Program-made: the position numbers and the translations under genes
Origin: the human T2T-CHM13v2.0 reference genome, Homo sapiens
Direction: 5' to 3' (one strand)
Assembly (NCBI RefSeq): GCF_009914755.1
Contig: NC_060927.1
Length of the DNA: 64,000 nt
Notes under the pieces: generated by a model
What the model was told of the DNA's origin: nothing
What the model saw: only the letters and a program-made list of their open reading frames with translations
The model's database searches: none
Part shown: piece after piece, positions 13,608 to 28,564 of the stretch
Position numbering within the stretch: the first letter of the stretch is position 1
Layout: the number at the start of each line of letters is the position of its first letter

Positions 13608-14650
13608 CCTCCGTTGGGACTAATTGAGAGCACTCGATACTAAACTCAAATGGGATGCTCTGTGCCTACATGCTTTTAGTGTTTCACTTCTCAAGCTGGG
13701 TTCCACAGAGGGCTAAATCTGTGCCAAGTATTAATACAATTCAGTGGAAGAAAATTGATACTGGTGAATTTCTTTCTTCTTAAATATCTAAGAAAAATAT
13801 CAAACCTATAGTTATTCTTAATCGCATGGGATAATTATCATTAAAAATGGTATGACATTACTGAGAACATGGCCGTGGTAGAATAATGTTGAGAATTAGC
13901 AATTGGTGCTCTTCTTACATTCCTCCTCCCACTCTAAAGTTGTATATCAGAATTATTTCCTTTACTTGGACCTTTCACCTCTTCTTTCCCCTAATCCAGG
14001 CACCCTCTCCACCAGGTAGATAGGGGCACAGAAGACAAGAAAATAAAGATGGCATATTTGAGTCTTTAACTGGTATATGTCGAAAATTACAGAAGTAGTT
14101 AAAGGTAGAACTCATGGGATGCAAAGGTGTATATGAGAAAGAATTGAGAGGAACCATTTGAAAGGGCTGCAGCATACAAACGAGAGACCATAAGCTCCCG
14201 CAGAATTAGCACAATGTGATACTAGTCCCCAAAGGCTTACAAAAGTTAAGTATGGGCCTTCTGTGCTTCCAGTAGCGGTCCAGAGAGGACTGCCAATAGA
14301 CCCTTGTCAGCATGATTCTCATCAATTATCCAGCACAAGTGACGAACATCTTACCATGAGTGGGTAACAGTCAGGATGCTCAGAAGCCCCCCTGAAATGC
14401 AGGGAAGGGCATGCGTACCTGGTGGTGATGATGGTGGCTTGAAGGGAAAGCTCCTGCCTGCACCAAGCTGGGATGATAAAAGCCATCTGGAAATTCCCCA
14501 GTTCTTCCTGTTCCCCAGGAAGTCAAATCATGCCTGACACAGAGGCAGGATGTTTAATATGCACTTTGTTACATGGACAGCATTTATCTAAGTCTGTGCT
14601 AAGTATTTTGCATTAAAACTTATTTTTTGTCTTAAAATTTTACTTAAATA

Positions 14651-15160
14651 CCCCAAAATTGAAAACACATTTTCACACAAATGCTTGTATATATTAACAT
14701 ATTATCATGGCAGCATATTTCCTAATAGCCAAAAAATGGAAACAACCCAAATGACCATCAACTAATGAACGGATAAACAAAATATAGTATATCCTCCATA
14801 CAATGGAATATTATACAGCAATAAAAAGGAATGAAGTACTGATTCATGCTATAGCATGGATGAACCTTGAAAACACCAAGCTAAATGAAATAAAGCAGGG
14901 CAAAATGACTCATTATGCATAATTATTGCATAAATCCATTTATGAGAAATGTCCAGAAAAGGCAAACTCGTAGAGACAGAAAGATTAGTGGTTGCCAAAA
15001 GCTGGAGAAGGGAAATGGGGAGTGACTACTAATGGGAATGGGATTTCTTTTGGGGGTAATACAAATATTCTGAAATTAGTAGTGATAGTTGCATGACTTG
15101 TGATTATACTGAAAATCCACATTAAAAGGTTGTGGCACATTATATTTTAATTAAAAATCA
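14651..15160 (+). mobile_element. L1MB 3' end
   Basis: 'ggaaacaacccaaatg...aaaggaatgaagtactgattcatgc...ggcaaactcgtagagacagaaag'. Confidence 0.8.
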
Positions 15161-15999
15161 ATTTATAATATTTAGTTTTCATTGAATGTAAAAATATTTG
15201 TACTACCTAAACTTGAACCTTGTGGATCTGATATTGAAAGTTTCAAATAAAAGGCAGTCTTGATACTGCACAAACTGTGTCTATCTCAAACAAGAAAAAA
15301 ATGAGTGCTTCAAAATGAAAATGAAAATCACAGACTTTATTTGCTTAAAAAACAAAGGAAGTGAGCTATTTAGGATGAAACAATTGAATTTTGGAGAAGC
15401 CTGCTTCACTAGTCCTCAAAGTACACTGATCATATTGTTTTTCACTTTGAAAGAAATATTATTTTTTTCAGATTATAACACAGTAAAGATAAACTTTAGG
15501 AATGGACTAAATGCTGTCTTTGATCATCAACATTATTTCGAATATTAGGCTCACGATTTCTAAAAAGTCATGAAAACATCATTCTCATGAAAAAATTTTG
15601 GTGAAGCATAACTTATTTTAAAAAGTAAAACATGATCTTGATATAGTTTATTCTCAACATAAAAATGTTTTTTTTTTGCATTGTGCTATGAAAAATAACA
15701 CATGCAAATTAAATGTTGATCATTGACTCAACTAACTGATCAGTGTGATTATTTTTTCTGTCTTCATTAATATAATTGAAGTATGCATTATACCTCATGA
15801 GCTCTCCTTAATATCCTGTCAATAAATTACACTTTCAAAAGTGTTCTGTGGTCAAGCAAGTTTGGGAAATGCTGCTGTGGCATAGTTCTTTGCACACGTT
15901 TACACCAGAAGGCTTTCCCGGCAGTATGTTAGATTGCTAAAGGAATTTATAATCCCCAAATTTCAATTGCTTATTTTTAAAAAGAGCTCACTTTCCATA

Positions 16000-16260
16000 T
16001 CTCAGGTGGGTCAGCACCTCAGCTTACAGTCAGCGTGACAGCAGTTCAGTCTCTACATTCGCTTCAGTGATTTCCTTGGAGGGCATTGCAGTGTTGTGCG
16101 TTGGCAACTAAATGCACTGCCCAGAAGCAGTATGCCTCTTCCACTCACATGTCATTAGCCAAGGCAAATTATATGACCACACCTAATTTCAAAGGGGACA
16201 GGGACATGCAATCCTACTGTGTTCCTGGAAGGAAGATAGCCCAACTAGTGAATGGCCCTA
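16000..16260 (-). mobile_element. MLT1I/J-type fragment
   Basis: 'ccactcacatgtcattagccaaggcaaattatatgaccacacctaatttcaaagg'. Confidence 0.5.
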
Positions 16261-16278
16261 ATGTCTATCCTCTAGTTT

Positions 16279-16582
16279 AGCCATTGTCCAATGGAACTAT
16301 AATGAGAGTCACAAAAGTAATTTCCAACTTACTAGTATCACTATTAAAATTGTGAAAAAGAAGCAGTTAAGATAATTTTAATAGTCCATTTTATTGAAAT
16401 GAATTATGGAAAATAACACATAGCCATACTAAAATTATTTAGATATTTTATTCCTTTTTCTCTACTAAGTCTTTGAAATCTGTTGTGTATTTTATGCTTA
16501 CAGCATATCTCAGTTTCTACTGGCCATATTTCAGGTGCTCAATAGCCACGTGTGGCCAGTGGCTACCATATTGATAGTGCAG
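16279..16582 (-). mobile_element. MER33 (hAT-Charlie)
   Basis: 'caggtgctcaatagccacgtgtggccagtggctaccatattg' and 'ctaagtctttgaaatc'. Confidence 0.8.
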
Positions 16583-16799
16583 CCCCAGTGCTTATGGTTT
16601 GGGAACATAGCCCTAAACATGACCACAACTATGAAATTTCCTTAAAGAGACATATTTTAATTTAAAAAATTATCATATATATTTTAGTATAAAATGACAT
16701 TTTAATGATTTTTTTACTACCTAAACATTGCTCTGGGAAAAGGTTGTGTTAACCCTATGGCTCTGCTTCTAATAGCATATTACCTTGAACCTCACAAAG

Positions 16800-16950
16800 A
16801 CTGGACTAGGACCTGCAGACTTCTGTTCAGTTCCAGATTATTTGGAGGTAAGTCATGTGGACTTGCTGAACCTCAGTTTCCTCATCTATAAGATGGCATG
16901 CTTAGATGATATAATCTCTAAAGTGCCTTTTAAATTCTCAAATTCTAAGA
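16800..16950 (+). mobile_element. MIR/MIR3
   Basis: 'cctcagtttcctcatctataagatg...atctctaaagtgcctt'. Confidence 0.6.
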
Positions 16951-18025
16951 GTCTCATTAGAATGGCTTTCCCCTAATCATGACTAGGGCTGAGTTTTCTT
17001 GTTTGTTTGTTTGTTTTGTTTTAAGAAAAAAAATGGCCTGTTGCACAGTGGCCTATAGAGTAACCTGTGTGGGGCCACTTTTTTTCCAAACAGGAGAATT
17101 GCTGTGCCCTACCCCAAGAGCTAGCCATCTAAATTCCATCATTACTGGGCACCCATTGGGAAAAGGGGGTCTCTCAAGTTGAGAGACACAGACAGCTTCT
17201 AAGATGCTGTCCTGAGCATGTCCCTTAGAAAGAGTAGCCTTAAATCAAGATTTGTTGGCCGTGGGTGCCTATAAATGGAGGTTGGATAAACTTCTAGCAT
17301 TGCCACTGGAATTTCCCTGGGCATTTCACCTCAATGTGCGGGGGATAATGTCCAGTGCCTAAATGATTAATGATCCACAGGGTATTTCAGAGGCCAGGGT
17401 AAGATTGGAACAGTAAAGAGGGAGGGGAGTGAGAACATCTTGCTCTCACCCCATGGTCAGTGAACTAGTTGGTTGAGGACAAATGCTAGCGCCTGGGGAT
17501 AGGATCTCACTTTGGTGACTTTGGGGATGCTGGCTCCCCTTTGGATGGATTTCACACAGGGAGACGTTGGCTTGGCTTGAAAAGGCCTAAGGGCACAGCC
17601 TCTGCACACTCCTAAGGAGCTGCCCAGGCTTTCTTCAGACATGGATGCCTCAGGCACTTGCCTTTTCTCCTGAAGATTTTTAAAGCAACAGCAGTGGAAA
17701 TGGAAGTGTCTTCCTGTGGCCTGATCTGAATTCACTCACAAAGCAAATTTCAGTTCCTCTACTTATTTGAAATCTCCTCACAGACAAGGCACCAGGGTTA
17801 ATTAGTAGAGTTCATTTACTGTCAACCGAACACTTGGGAATAAAGAATTTAGAACCAGGTCACTAGGTGAGTGTAATTCACTATGAGTGTGCAGGGCAAA
17901 GTGGTTTATTTAGAGGTATTAATAATGGCTTTTTGTCTTATATAGATTGAATATGTACAGTATTTTCTACTCTCTTTCTTCAAACTCATGTAAAAAATAC
18001 ATTGAGTGTTTTTATGAGAATCTTG

Positions 18026-18438
<413 letters not shown>

Positions 18439-19039
18439 TTATGCCAGAACTCTGTGACCTTCAACATTTTTCTTACCCCTTTGGGCATAGATTTATACCC
18501 AGGCCTTAAGAAATGGCTCTCATGTCCTAAAGAAAAGTGATAAAGAGGACAAAAGAGTGTGCAGTTCAGCTTTCATTCAACTGAGACATCTTATCAGTAA
18601 ATTCCTACATTCTTGGATCAATTTCTGGTGAGCAGGACAAAATGAAATATGTAATGTGAGTTCAGATGAGGTGAAGTGAGGCTGTTTACTTGACAAAATA
18701 CCTGTGTTTTTGTTCTGTTACAGCTGGGTATTTATTTCTGACTCTATGTGCCAAACAATGTAATTGAGCAGGCTGGTACGAGGTTGAACATTTGCTGCAT
18801 GGGGACCAGTTCTCATTCTTGTTCCAACATTCTTGAAAAACCTTATGTAGTGGATATGCCAGGACTGCCTCAAAGAGAAAACAGGCTGAGGTCACTGAGG
18901 GTTATTTCTACCACCTTCTCCAGGCCTCAGCCCTGGGCTCACAGGCCTGGACCCTCTTGGTTTGGGTGCCTCCTCAGATCATTATGGGCTCCCAACTCCT
19001 GTCTTTGTCATCTGTTCTTCTCTAATTTCAGCCACTTCC

Positions 19040-19340
19040 CACCTTTCACGTCCTGAGGTGCCCTGAACATGCTCTGCACTTCCTAACACTCATGCCATCA
19101 TTCTTGATGTTCTCTCTGATTGAAATCATCTTCCACCCTCTCTTCACTTGCTTGCTAGATGAACCTCTACTCATTCCTCAAGACCCACCTTGAATTTCTC
19201 TCTCTTTTGTAACGTCCTCCTAAAATCCCCCACCCCCATCCCTGCTATCTTGGCCTGAAGTAACTGCCACCTCCTCCTGCGCTTTCAGAGCCTACTGATT
19301 ACTTCCCTCTCTCTAGTACAGCGCTTACCATGTGGTTTCA
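19040..19340 (+). mobile_element. L2 fragment
   Basis: 'ctactcattcctcaagacccaccttgaat' L2 3' region. Confidence 0.5.
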
Positions 19341-19354
19341 TAGTGGCAAGTGGC

Positions 19355-19520
19355 TTTACACAAGTTTCTTATGCTTTCTGCACCTCAGCTTTATCATCTG
19401 TAAAATGTGAGTAAAAATAGTGCCTACTTCATAGGGCTATGTAGACATGACACTTGCAAAAGTCCTTAGCACAGTGCCTGGCACACAGTAAGAACTCAAT
19501 CAATGGCTGCTATCATTATG
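19355..19520 (+). mobile_element. MIR
   Basis: 'catctgtaaaatg...cttagcacagtgcctggcacacagtaag'. Confidence 0.8.
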
Positions 19521-19654
19521 ATTGTAGTTATCATTGTAATTACTCACTATATGGGACAGTGTGGAACAGTGGCAAAATACCACTTGCTTGGCAAGGTTTA
19601 ATGGGGAACACCAAAGCAGCAGTCTCCCTTTGTTCTACTCTATTCCTTTTTAGA

Positions 19655-19930
19655 AGTATTTTATTGTGAAAATTTCTAATATTCACAAAAGTAGAAGGCA
19701 TAGTATAATGGACCCCCAATATGCATCATCCAACTTCAATAATGATCAATACACTATCAAACTTGCTTCATCTATTTGTCCTCTCCCCAACCCTTACAGG
19801 TTACTACTTTTCTACAGCTTTATTGAAGTAGCTTTATGTATCATAAAATTCACACTGTAAATGTATAGTTTAACGATTTTTGATGAATTTCTAGAGTTGT
19901 GAAATCATCAACTGCAATCCAGTTTTAAAG
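19655..19930 (-). mobile_element. L1M 3'-end fragments
   Basis: 'ttttattgtgaaaatttc' and 'cagctttattgaagta...aaaattcacac'. Confidence 0.5.
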
Positions 19931-20599
19931 TCCATTCCTTTTTTATTTAAAGAGAGAAAAAGCAACTCTCTTTCTTTTGTCGTTACCATACTTTACATTA
20001 TTTTTAATAAGGGTTATAATGAGAAGAGACAATGCTCACAGAAGAAGACCAGGCGTCTATGGACATTTTTGTCTTTTCCATGTCTGCTATGAGAAAAAGT
20101 TGTGTTTTCTCCACACTGCAAGAGTCTGTTATGGAAACAAGAGGGTCTTTGGACTTGTTTGTCTAACTGTTTTAATCTTCTCCTCCCACTGCAATAAAAA
20201 CCATCTGGCATGTTGAAAAGGTGGAAGATAAAGAAATGGACAAACTATAAAATGCTGCTGGAGGCTGAAGATGGTTGTTTAATATGTGTACAGAAACAAA
20301 ACAGATTGGGTTAATTACAAGAGATGATCAAACTTAAGGCAGTAAGATATGATTCCTTTCTGACTTCAATTCATTACACTGCTTTGGTCAGCTTAGCACA
20401 TTATATTTGCCATGGAGACTGTAATTATTTGCAGGAACCACGATACCAGCTTTAATTTCTTCTTTCAAGTTGGTCAAAGCAATGACCAACTCTAAGCTAT
20501 GCAATCGGTCTTGAGATGGCACAACTATGGCTCATTCATTTGCTCTACAATTATTCAGTTCTTCTGATAGTTGGGATCATCCTAGTAGATTACCCTAAG

Positions 20600-20785
20600 C
20601 AGCTAGGTATGGTAGAAAGAGCAGATGTGTGTTAAAATCATGGCTGTGCTATTTAACTCTAACCCTCAATTACCCTCTCTGAAAAATAGGGATAATAGTT
20701 CTTATTGCACAGGGTTGCAAGAAGATTAAATGAGATCATGCATATGTGCATGACACATTGCAGACATTTAGTAACTCTTAGTTCC
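20600..20785 (+). mobile_element. MIR
   Basis: 'gggataatagttcttattgcacagggttgcaagaagattaaatgagat'. Confidence 0.6.
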
Positions 20786-20817
20786 CATCTTTATCTAGGT
20801 ATTGGTAGGGTCACAGA

Positions 20818-21732
20818 TGTTTTAGGTCAGGTTCACTAGAAGCAGAACCCAAAATGGGAATTACTTTTGTGAAAGTAATTTATTGAGAGAATGCATTTCA
20901 ATAAAAACCCATAAGGTGCAACCGTCAACACAATCAATTTTAGAACATTTAATTACCCCCAAGAGCCCTGCAACTCCTTAGCTACTCTCCCATTGTCTAC
21001 CAGGTCTAGGCAACCAGTAATCTACTTTCTGTCTCTATGGATTTCCCTATTCAGGCCATCTCATATAATGTGAAATGTTATAGTGGAATGAAATCATATA
21101 GTATGTGGCCTTTTGTGAATGGAATTATATAATAGGTGGTCTTTTGAGAATGGCTTCTTTTACTTGGTGAAGTGTTTTCAAGTTTTACCCACATTGTAGT
21201 ACGTATCAGTATTTTATTCCTTTTTGTTGCTTAGTAGTGTTCCATTGTGTGACTATAGCACTTTCTGTTTATCTGCTAGCTAGTTTGTGACCATTTGGGT
21301 TGTTTCCATTTTTTGACTATTATAAATAATGCTGCTATAAACAGTTGTGTATTTAAAAAAAACCCAGAAAATAAAATGAAAAGCCTATAAGGGAGAGAGT
21401 GAAGCAAAACAAGGTAGGGGGAGAAAACAAGGAAGGATGTAGATTCAGGTGAAGTCTAGCCATGGCCCAATCCCTGGGGGCTTGGGAGCATTAACAGCCG
21501 AAGAGTTGTTCCCCAGTGAGACAAAGGGGCCAGCTTTTTGCATCTCATATCAGTCAATCATTGTGGACTGCCTTGGTTGGGATTATGGAGTGTCACCTCC
21601 AGGGACAAGTGTCTATTCTCAGGACAGAGGAGGCATCTGTGAGCCCTTTGCAGTCAACCCTCAGAGAAGCTGGGGCATGGTGTACTGGCATAGTAAAAGG
21701 GATCTGGATGGGTCACTACAGCATCACCTACA
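20818..21732 (-). mobile_element. LTR16-like ERVL LTR interrupted by L1MB
   Basis: TG...CA termini; 'caggttcactagaagcagaac' and 'cagtcaatcattg' motifs. Confidence 0.55.
20917..21378 (-). mobile_element. L1MB 3' fragment (possibly an inverted insertion)
   Basis: 'aggcaaccagtaatctactttctgtctctatggattt...aataatgctgctataaaca'; flanking 14-bp near-repeats. Confidence 0.75.
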
Positions 21733-22226
21733 ACAGAGGCAAAACAGAACTGACTCTGCCTTACAAAAGTATTTGGGAGGATATGAGACATGTGAATCAT
21801 TAGAGGAGGGGGCATTCTGCCACTCTTCCAGCTAGAAAAATTTTTTAAAAACAGACTTTGTGGAGAAGGAAGCAATGAGATGGAAATATAGATGAGAAGA
21901 TGAAGAAAAGAGTTCACTGGTGTTTCTAGTTAGGGGAATATCATAGGCCAAGACTTCGGAGGAAAATCAAAGTTCTTTCATTGAATGTTTCAGTTCCAGA
22001 CACTTTGCTAAGTCCTGGGGCAGTATATTGTTTGATTTGAATTTGGATAACATTAAAGGGAAATATAAGAGATAAGTTTGAAAAAGTAAATCAAAACAGA
22101 TTGGAGAGGGGATGTGTGAATGCTAGCCTAAGTGTTTTAGAGTTTATGTTGGTGGTGGAAGCCACTGAAAGTTTTTGAATAAGGCAGTTACATGATCAGA
22201 GCTGACAATAATAACTAGGCTTATAA

Positions 22227-22535
<309 letters not shown>

Positions 22536-23348
22536 AAAGGTGCCTCATTGTTTTAAGGCTAAAGACCACACACATTGCCCAGACCTGCAATAACCTGCAT
22601 CATCTGGGCCTGGTCTGCCCCATGGCATTCACCCAGAGCATCCTGAGACATGTGCTTAGCATTGCACAGCCATTCAGGAGAGCTGGGTGTTCTCAGCCCT
22701 ACCACTCACATACAGCAGGACCTTGTGTAAGTTACTTAGCCTCTCTGGGCCATTATGGTCCTCATTTATCAAGTATTGATTACAGACAATAAATGTTATA
22801 ATTTTAGGGCCTGAAGAGACCCTTGGGGTCATGGGCATCAGAAGATTCCCTGACAACTGATCTGGGCATCACATCATGCATGCAAAGGAAGATTTAACAG
22901 CACCACAGCAGAGCCATGCATAGGAGCACATAATCATTCAAGCTCCAGGACATGAGAGGGGAAGGAATCATCAGCTCTGGGAAGGGCAAATTCCAGAGGG
23001 CCTTCTAGAGGTGACCCTTGAGCCATGTTAAAGATGGAGAGGGACTGTACCTTTGGCAGAAGTAGCAGAGAGGAAGACATCAGCACTGGGAGACCTGGAG
23101 AGTGCAAAGACAAGGAGAAGAGAATGCTGAGGCACTGTGCTGATGAGTGGTAAGGGTCTGCTCCCATGGGTGGACAGGTTGAAGGCGGCCTTGATGATCA
23201 GGCAGAAGTGGATGGGCTTGATAAATGAGCTATGAACCAGCGCAACGTACCCTGGCAAGAGAAACACTGTAAATGTGGTGTTTAAGGTAGCTATTTGGAG
23301 AACATTTGTTTTTGGTCTTTGAACAAGTAACTAGGAAAAATATTTAAC

Positions 23349-23910
23349 TTTTTATTCTGAAGTAAACTTAGAGGAAAGTTGCAAACATAGTACAGAGATT
23401 TCCCATTTACCTTTCACTCAGCTTCCCCAATAACATGTCACATACCATAATACTATTACCAAACCCAGCAAATCAGCATTGGTAAACTATTATTAAATAA
23501 TTTGCAGACATTATTCAAATTCCTGCAGTTTTCCCACTACTCTCTGTTGTTTTACTGGTCCAGGATCCAATCCAGGATTCCACTTTGCATGTAGTGATTA
23601 TGTCTCCTTCGTCTTCTCCACACTGAGACATTTCTTCAGGTTTTCTTTGTCTTTAATGACCTTGACACTTTTGGAGAGTCCAGACTAGTTATTTTGTGGA
23701 ATGTCCCTCAGTTTGGGTTTGTCTGGTGTTTTCTTATGATTAGATTGAGATTGTGGATTTTTGGCAAGAATACCACTGAAGCGATGATGTCTTCTGGGCA
23801 CACCTCACCAATGGGTACATGGTACCAGTATGTCTTATTATTGGTGATATTAATTTTGATCATAAGGCCAAAATAGGCCTACCAAGTTTCTGCAATGTGA
23901 AGTTACTATT
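23349..23910 (-). mobile_element. L1MC4/5-type 3' end
   Basis: 'gtccaggatccaatccaggat', 'gaccttgacactttt', 'tttggcaagaatacca'. Confidence 0.75.
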
Positions 23911-24002
23911 AGGAAAAAAAATGGTTTGAAATCACATTTCATGGGATCTTATTAAATTCTTACAGATTGATCTGATTATGTATTTGTCTTTAAAATGGGT
24001 TG

Positions 24003-24290
24003 CTCATTCAGTCATTCAGTTATTACTTACTGAGGACTTACTATGTGTCAGGCATTGTGCTGGAAATGGCCGTGAACAAGACAGATGGGGTCCTCACCCT
24101 TGTGGAATCTAGTGGGAGAAAACATTAAACTGAACATCACCAGGTTGGAGTAGAAACACGTAACAAGGAGCTGTAAGTAGTTTGAGAGTAGGGAAATGCA
24201 TGGTAAACTATTATTAGTTTAGGGTCAGGGGAAGATGGTGAAGCTGAGACCTGAGGGGCAATGAGAGTTATCCAGGGGGAGGGGGATCGA
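24003..24290 (-). mobile_element. L2 3' end
   Basis: 'cattcagtcattca...tactatgtgtcaggcattgtgct...gtgaacaagacaga'. Confidence 0.75.
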
Positions 24291-25259
24291 CTCTTAGGAG
24301 GGAGTTCCTTTCTGACTATTTTTTAGCTTCCGTTTTTAATTAGAGAAATTTATATTCATTATTAGAAAACAAATTAAGAGTGCAGTATTTTTTAGTATCT
24401 AAGGTGACCAATAATAAATTGAGATAATTTATTTGACAAGTTTTGTCTTGTAAAACTATTTGTTAAATAAAGGTATTCTGAATGGAGACAATAAGACAAT
24501 ACATGTAAAAATATTTGGGCTGAAAGACTTACATATTTGGATTAAAATATTAGACATAAGACTATCTTCCATTTAGCAGAATTGACTGTGAGTTTACCAG
24601 GTAACTCAGCACTTATAGAGAGAATATTTTCTCAATTAAGAATAGTATGGTGTACAGAAAAGAGTCATTGAGAGTGTCAACAATTTTAAAATTATAAATC
24701 ATAACATGCACCTATGAAGAAGACTACAGGTTATTTTATGAAAATAAGACCACATTAAAAATGCATTGAGAAATCTCACTGATGGTGTTAGACACAGATA
24801 CAGTTAAGAAACAGATTAAAATGCGTGAACATGTATCCAAAATAATTATTCTACTTGGGTTATATTTTAATATTCAGATAATCAAAATAAAGCAATTTTA
24901 AATATTGCTTTAATGTACACAGTATATGTTACTTTTATTTTTTGGAAATTAATTTATTTTTGAAAATACTTTTTGAACTGTTTTAAAGATCTATCAATAA
25001 AATAAAATAGTAACTTAAAAACATGTCACAGAGTTACCTAATTTGAATTTTTACCCCCTTTTACCCTCAAAAGCTATAAATTATGTGATCTTTCCACCTA
25101 TGTCCTCACTAGCAAATCTAGACCCCAACACTGGCAACAAGCTAAAGGAAACAGGCTTTTCCCTTTTTAGAAGGCAGGAAAGAATTGTGAATCCTCATTG
25201 TTGTCTCGTCACCTATTTTTTTCTCGCAACAGTCTGTTTCCTCATAAGGTCACATAAAC

Positions 25260-25470
25260 TGAGCACTATGTGCTCAAAAGCTGTCTGAAGTTCTTTGCAT
25301 GAATCAACTCATTTAATCATTAAGGTAGCCCTATGATAGGTATTGTTATTATTCTCATTTGCAGATAAGGAAACAGAGGCTTTGTTCAAGTTAGCTTGCC
25401 CAAAAGTACATAGTTTATAAAGGTCAAATCTGAGATTAGGATCATGAATCTCTGTCATTAACTACCCTCC
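25260..25470 (-). mobile_element. MIR
   Basis: 'actcatttaatc...attctcatttgcagataaggaaacagaggc'. Confidence 0.7.
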
Positions 25471-25766
25471 ATATTTCCCTTTTAAAAAATTCTGCTTCAT
25501 CTGCCAAATTTCCAGATTTCTTGGAACAATTATAATCATTCAAGGATCCTCTCTCAGCATCTTTATTATTCTAAGTGCCCACACTTCTTACTGGTGCCAG
25601 AAAATTATCACTACCACCCCACCAATTGAACTCTGAATGGAGGGACATGCTGTAGTACTTGTACCTATGGGCAATAGCTCTCGAGAAAACATCTTAGGTT
25701 CATGTAGAGCTGTATCGCCAACTGAGCCTTCATTGCAAACATTTTTCAGTGTCTTGTTGAAGTTGA

Positions 25767-26083
<317 letters not shown>

Positions 26084-26432
26084 CAGAACTCCTTTTAAGA
26101 GCAGAGTGGAAATACTGCTGATTTGGAGTCAGAAGACCTAATTTTCAAATTGTGGCTTTCAGTTCCTCACTAACAAGATGAGCACACTGTTTTGTATACT
26201 TAGTACAACTGTTTTAGCCATCAAATTAAAGTGCTTAAAAGTATATTATAAACTGTGCTATCGGATATTAATTATTGTTCTACAAGTAATCATGGAACAA
26301 CACTTTACATTTGTACTATTCTTTGCAGTACTGTATTATTTCATTGAATCTCTCAGTAACCCTATGGCTTAGGTATCATTATCCCCATTTTACAAACAGG
26401 GAACTGAAGCACAGAGAAGATTAATGCTTTCC

Positions 26433-26632
26433 TGTATCAGTGAGCTTAGACTGCCATAACAAAATACCATAGACTGGGTGGTTTAAACAACAGAAATTTA
26501 TTTTTTCAGAGTTCTGAAGGCTGGAAGTCTGAGATCAGGATGCCAGCATGGTAGGGTTCTGGTGAAGGCTGTCTTCCAGGTTGCAGATGGCTGCTTTCCT
26601 GCTGTGTTCTTATATGTCAGAGAGTGAGAGAC

Positions 26633-26675
<43 letters not shown>

Positions 26676-26857
26676 GAAAGTTCACAAGTTCTCTGATGTC
26701 TCTTCTTGCAAGTATACTAATCCTATCATGAGGGTCTCATCCTCATGACCTTGTCTGAATCTGAATATCTCTCAAAGGCCCACCTTCAAATACCATTATA
26801 TTAGGGGTTGAGGCTTCAACATGAGAATTTTGGGAGGTCATAATTCTGTCCATAGCA
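26433..26857 (-). mobile_element. MLT1A0-type solo LTR
   Basis: 'ctgccataacaaaataccatagactgggtgg...gtccatagca'. Confidence 0.85.
26619..26677. repeat. (GA)n microsatellite within MLT1A0
   Basis: Direct reading. Confidence 0.9.
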
Positions 26858-26866
26858 CTCCTCCTT

Positions 26867-27231
26867 TGATATGGTTTGGCTGTGTCCCCACCCAAATCTC
26901 ATCTTGAATTGTAATCTCCATAATCCTATGTGTCTAGGGAAAGGCCAGGTGGGATGTGATTGGTTCATGGGGACAGTTTCCCCCATGCTGTTCTTGTGAT
27001 GGTGACTGAGTTCTCGCGAGATCTGATCATTTTATAAGGGGCCCTTGCCCCTTCACTTCTCCCTCTTCTCTCTCTTGCCTGCCGCTGTGTAACACTGCCT
27101 CTTCCCTGTCTCCCTAAGTTTCCAGAGGCCTCCCTAGCCATGCAGAGCTGTGAGTCAATTAAACCTCTTTTCTTTATAAATTACCCAGTCTCAGGTATGT
27201 CTTTATAGCAGTGTGAAAATGGACTAATACA
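26867..27231 (+). mobile_element. THE1 (D-like) solo LTR
   Basis: 'tgatatggtttggc...ggactaataca'; perfect TSD tcctt at 26862-26866 and 27232-27236. Confidence 0.9.
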
Positions 27232-27778
27232 TCCTTTTTTCTCTTCAAGGTCATGAAGCTCTTAAGCAGCAAAGCCAAATATTAAATTAAAGTTTTCCAA
27301 CTCCAAATCTTGAACTCTTTCCCTAAAACCAGAGGCACCTCACATTATTTTGAAACTGACTTAATAGTCAAGGCTTTCCCGTTATATCTGGTACTTCTTA
27401 TGACAGACACCATCTTAATAGAGATTGCAGTGTTTTTCTATCCACTTCTCTAGCTCTTGTGGAAATCAGATTTGAGAACATTCCTCCTTGGTAGTAGTTT
27501 CTTTATAAAAGGCACTAGCTAACAGGTTCTGAAATGAGCCCAACTAGAAACTCAAGAGTTGCCAAAGGACTCTCTGGTTTCAAGATGCACAATAATTTCA
27601 GAAATTATTAATATTATAGAAAAGTAAAGTTTATAGAAATGGAAGTTTTGATCCTTTAACCTATGTAATATAATATGATTTTTTTAAAAAACCTCCTTAA
27701 GATAATATGTTTTTTTCTTGGTGACCAATGAAGTTCAGAACAGTTTTATTTTTTTTATTTATAAAAAGCAGGGAAGGG

Positions 27779-28051
<273 letters not shown>

Positions 28052-28564
28052 AAAAGCAGGGAAGCGATGATTTTTGTTTTCCTGGGAACTTTCATCTCTA
28101 TAAGCTTCCCTTCCTCCAGTTGAACACAGTGATCTGTTGTGATTAGATTAAAAACAAGGGTTGTCTGCCGCTCTTTTTTTCCTCCTATCGATTCTTGTTG
28201 CTTCAAATTTTAGAATTTACTATTTTGCTGCTTAATTAGTATGTTTTGAACGTGAAAAATCATCTTGAAGGGTCTATTACACTTGAAGTATTTGCTCTTA
28301 ACATTTTTATTTCTGCCTTACTTCATTTCTACCAAGAGAAAAGACCAGTTTGTTTTTTACTCTAACAAAGCATTCTAGCAGGTCATTGCTGGAATATCCC
28401 AGGGAAGGTCTTTGAAGTTGTTGATGTAAGCAAACTAGAATATTTCTCAGAAGCCTGAACAATATAACTTCTAAAACAAAGATTTTTTGTGTGGACCAAA
28501 TTCATCTGAGGTGAATTATTATTTCCAATTTAGCTTGGGGTTCTTCCACATTAAAAGCCTGTGC

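Larger units (their letters stand above)
26310..27320 (-). mobile_element. MIR split by MLT1A0 and THE1D
   Basis: 'atccccattttacaaacagggaactgaagcacagaga' resumes after 27245 as 'caaggtcatgaagc...ctccaaatc'. Confidence 0.6.

Noticed and set aside
21449-21835. 128-aa ORF
   Set aside because: Mostly within an LTR16-like element, non-ATG start, no recognisable domain.
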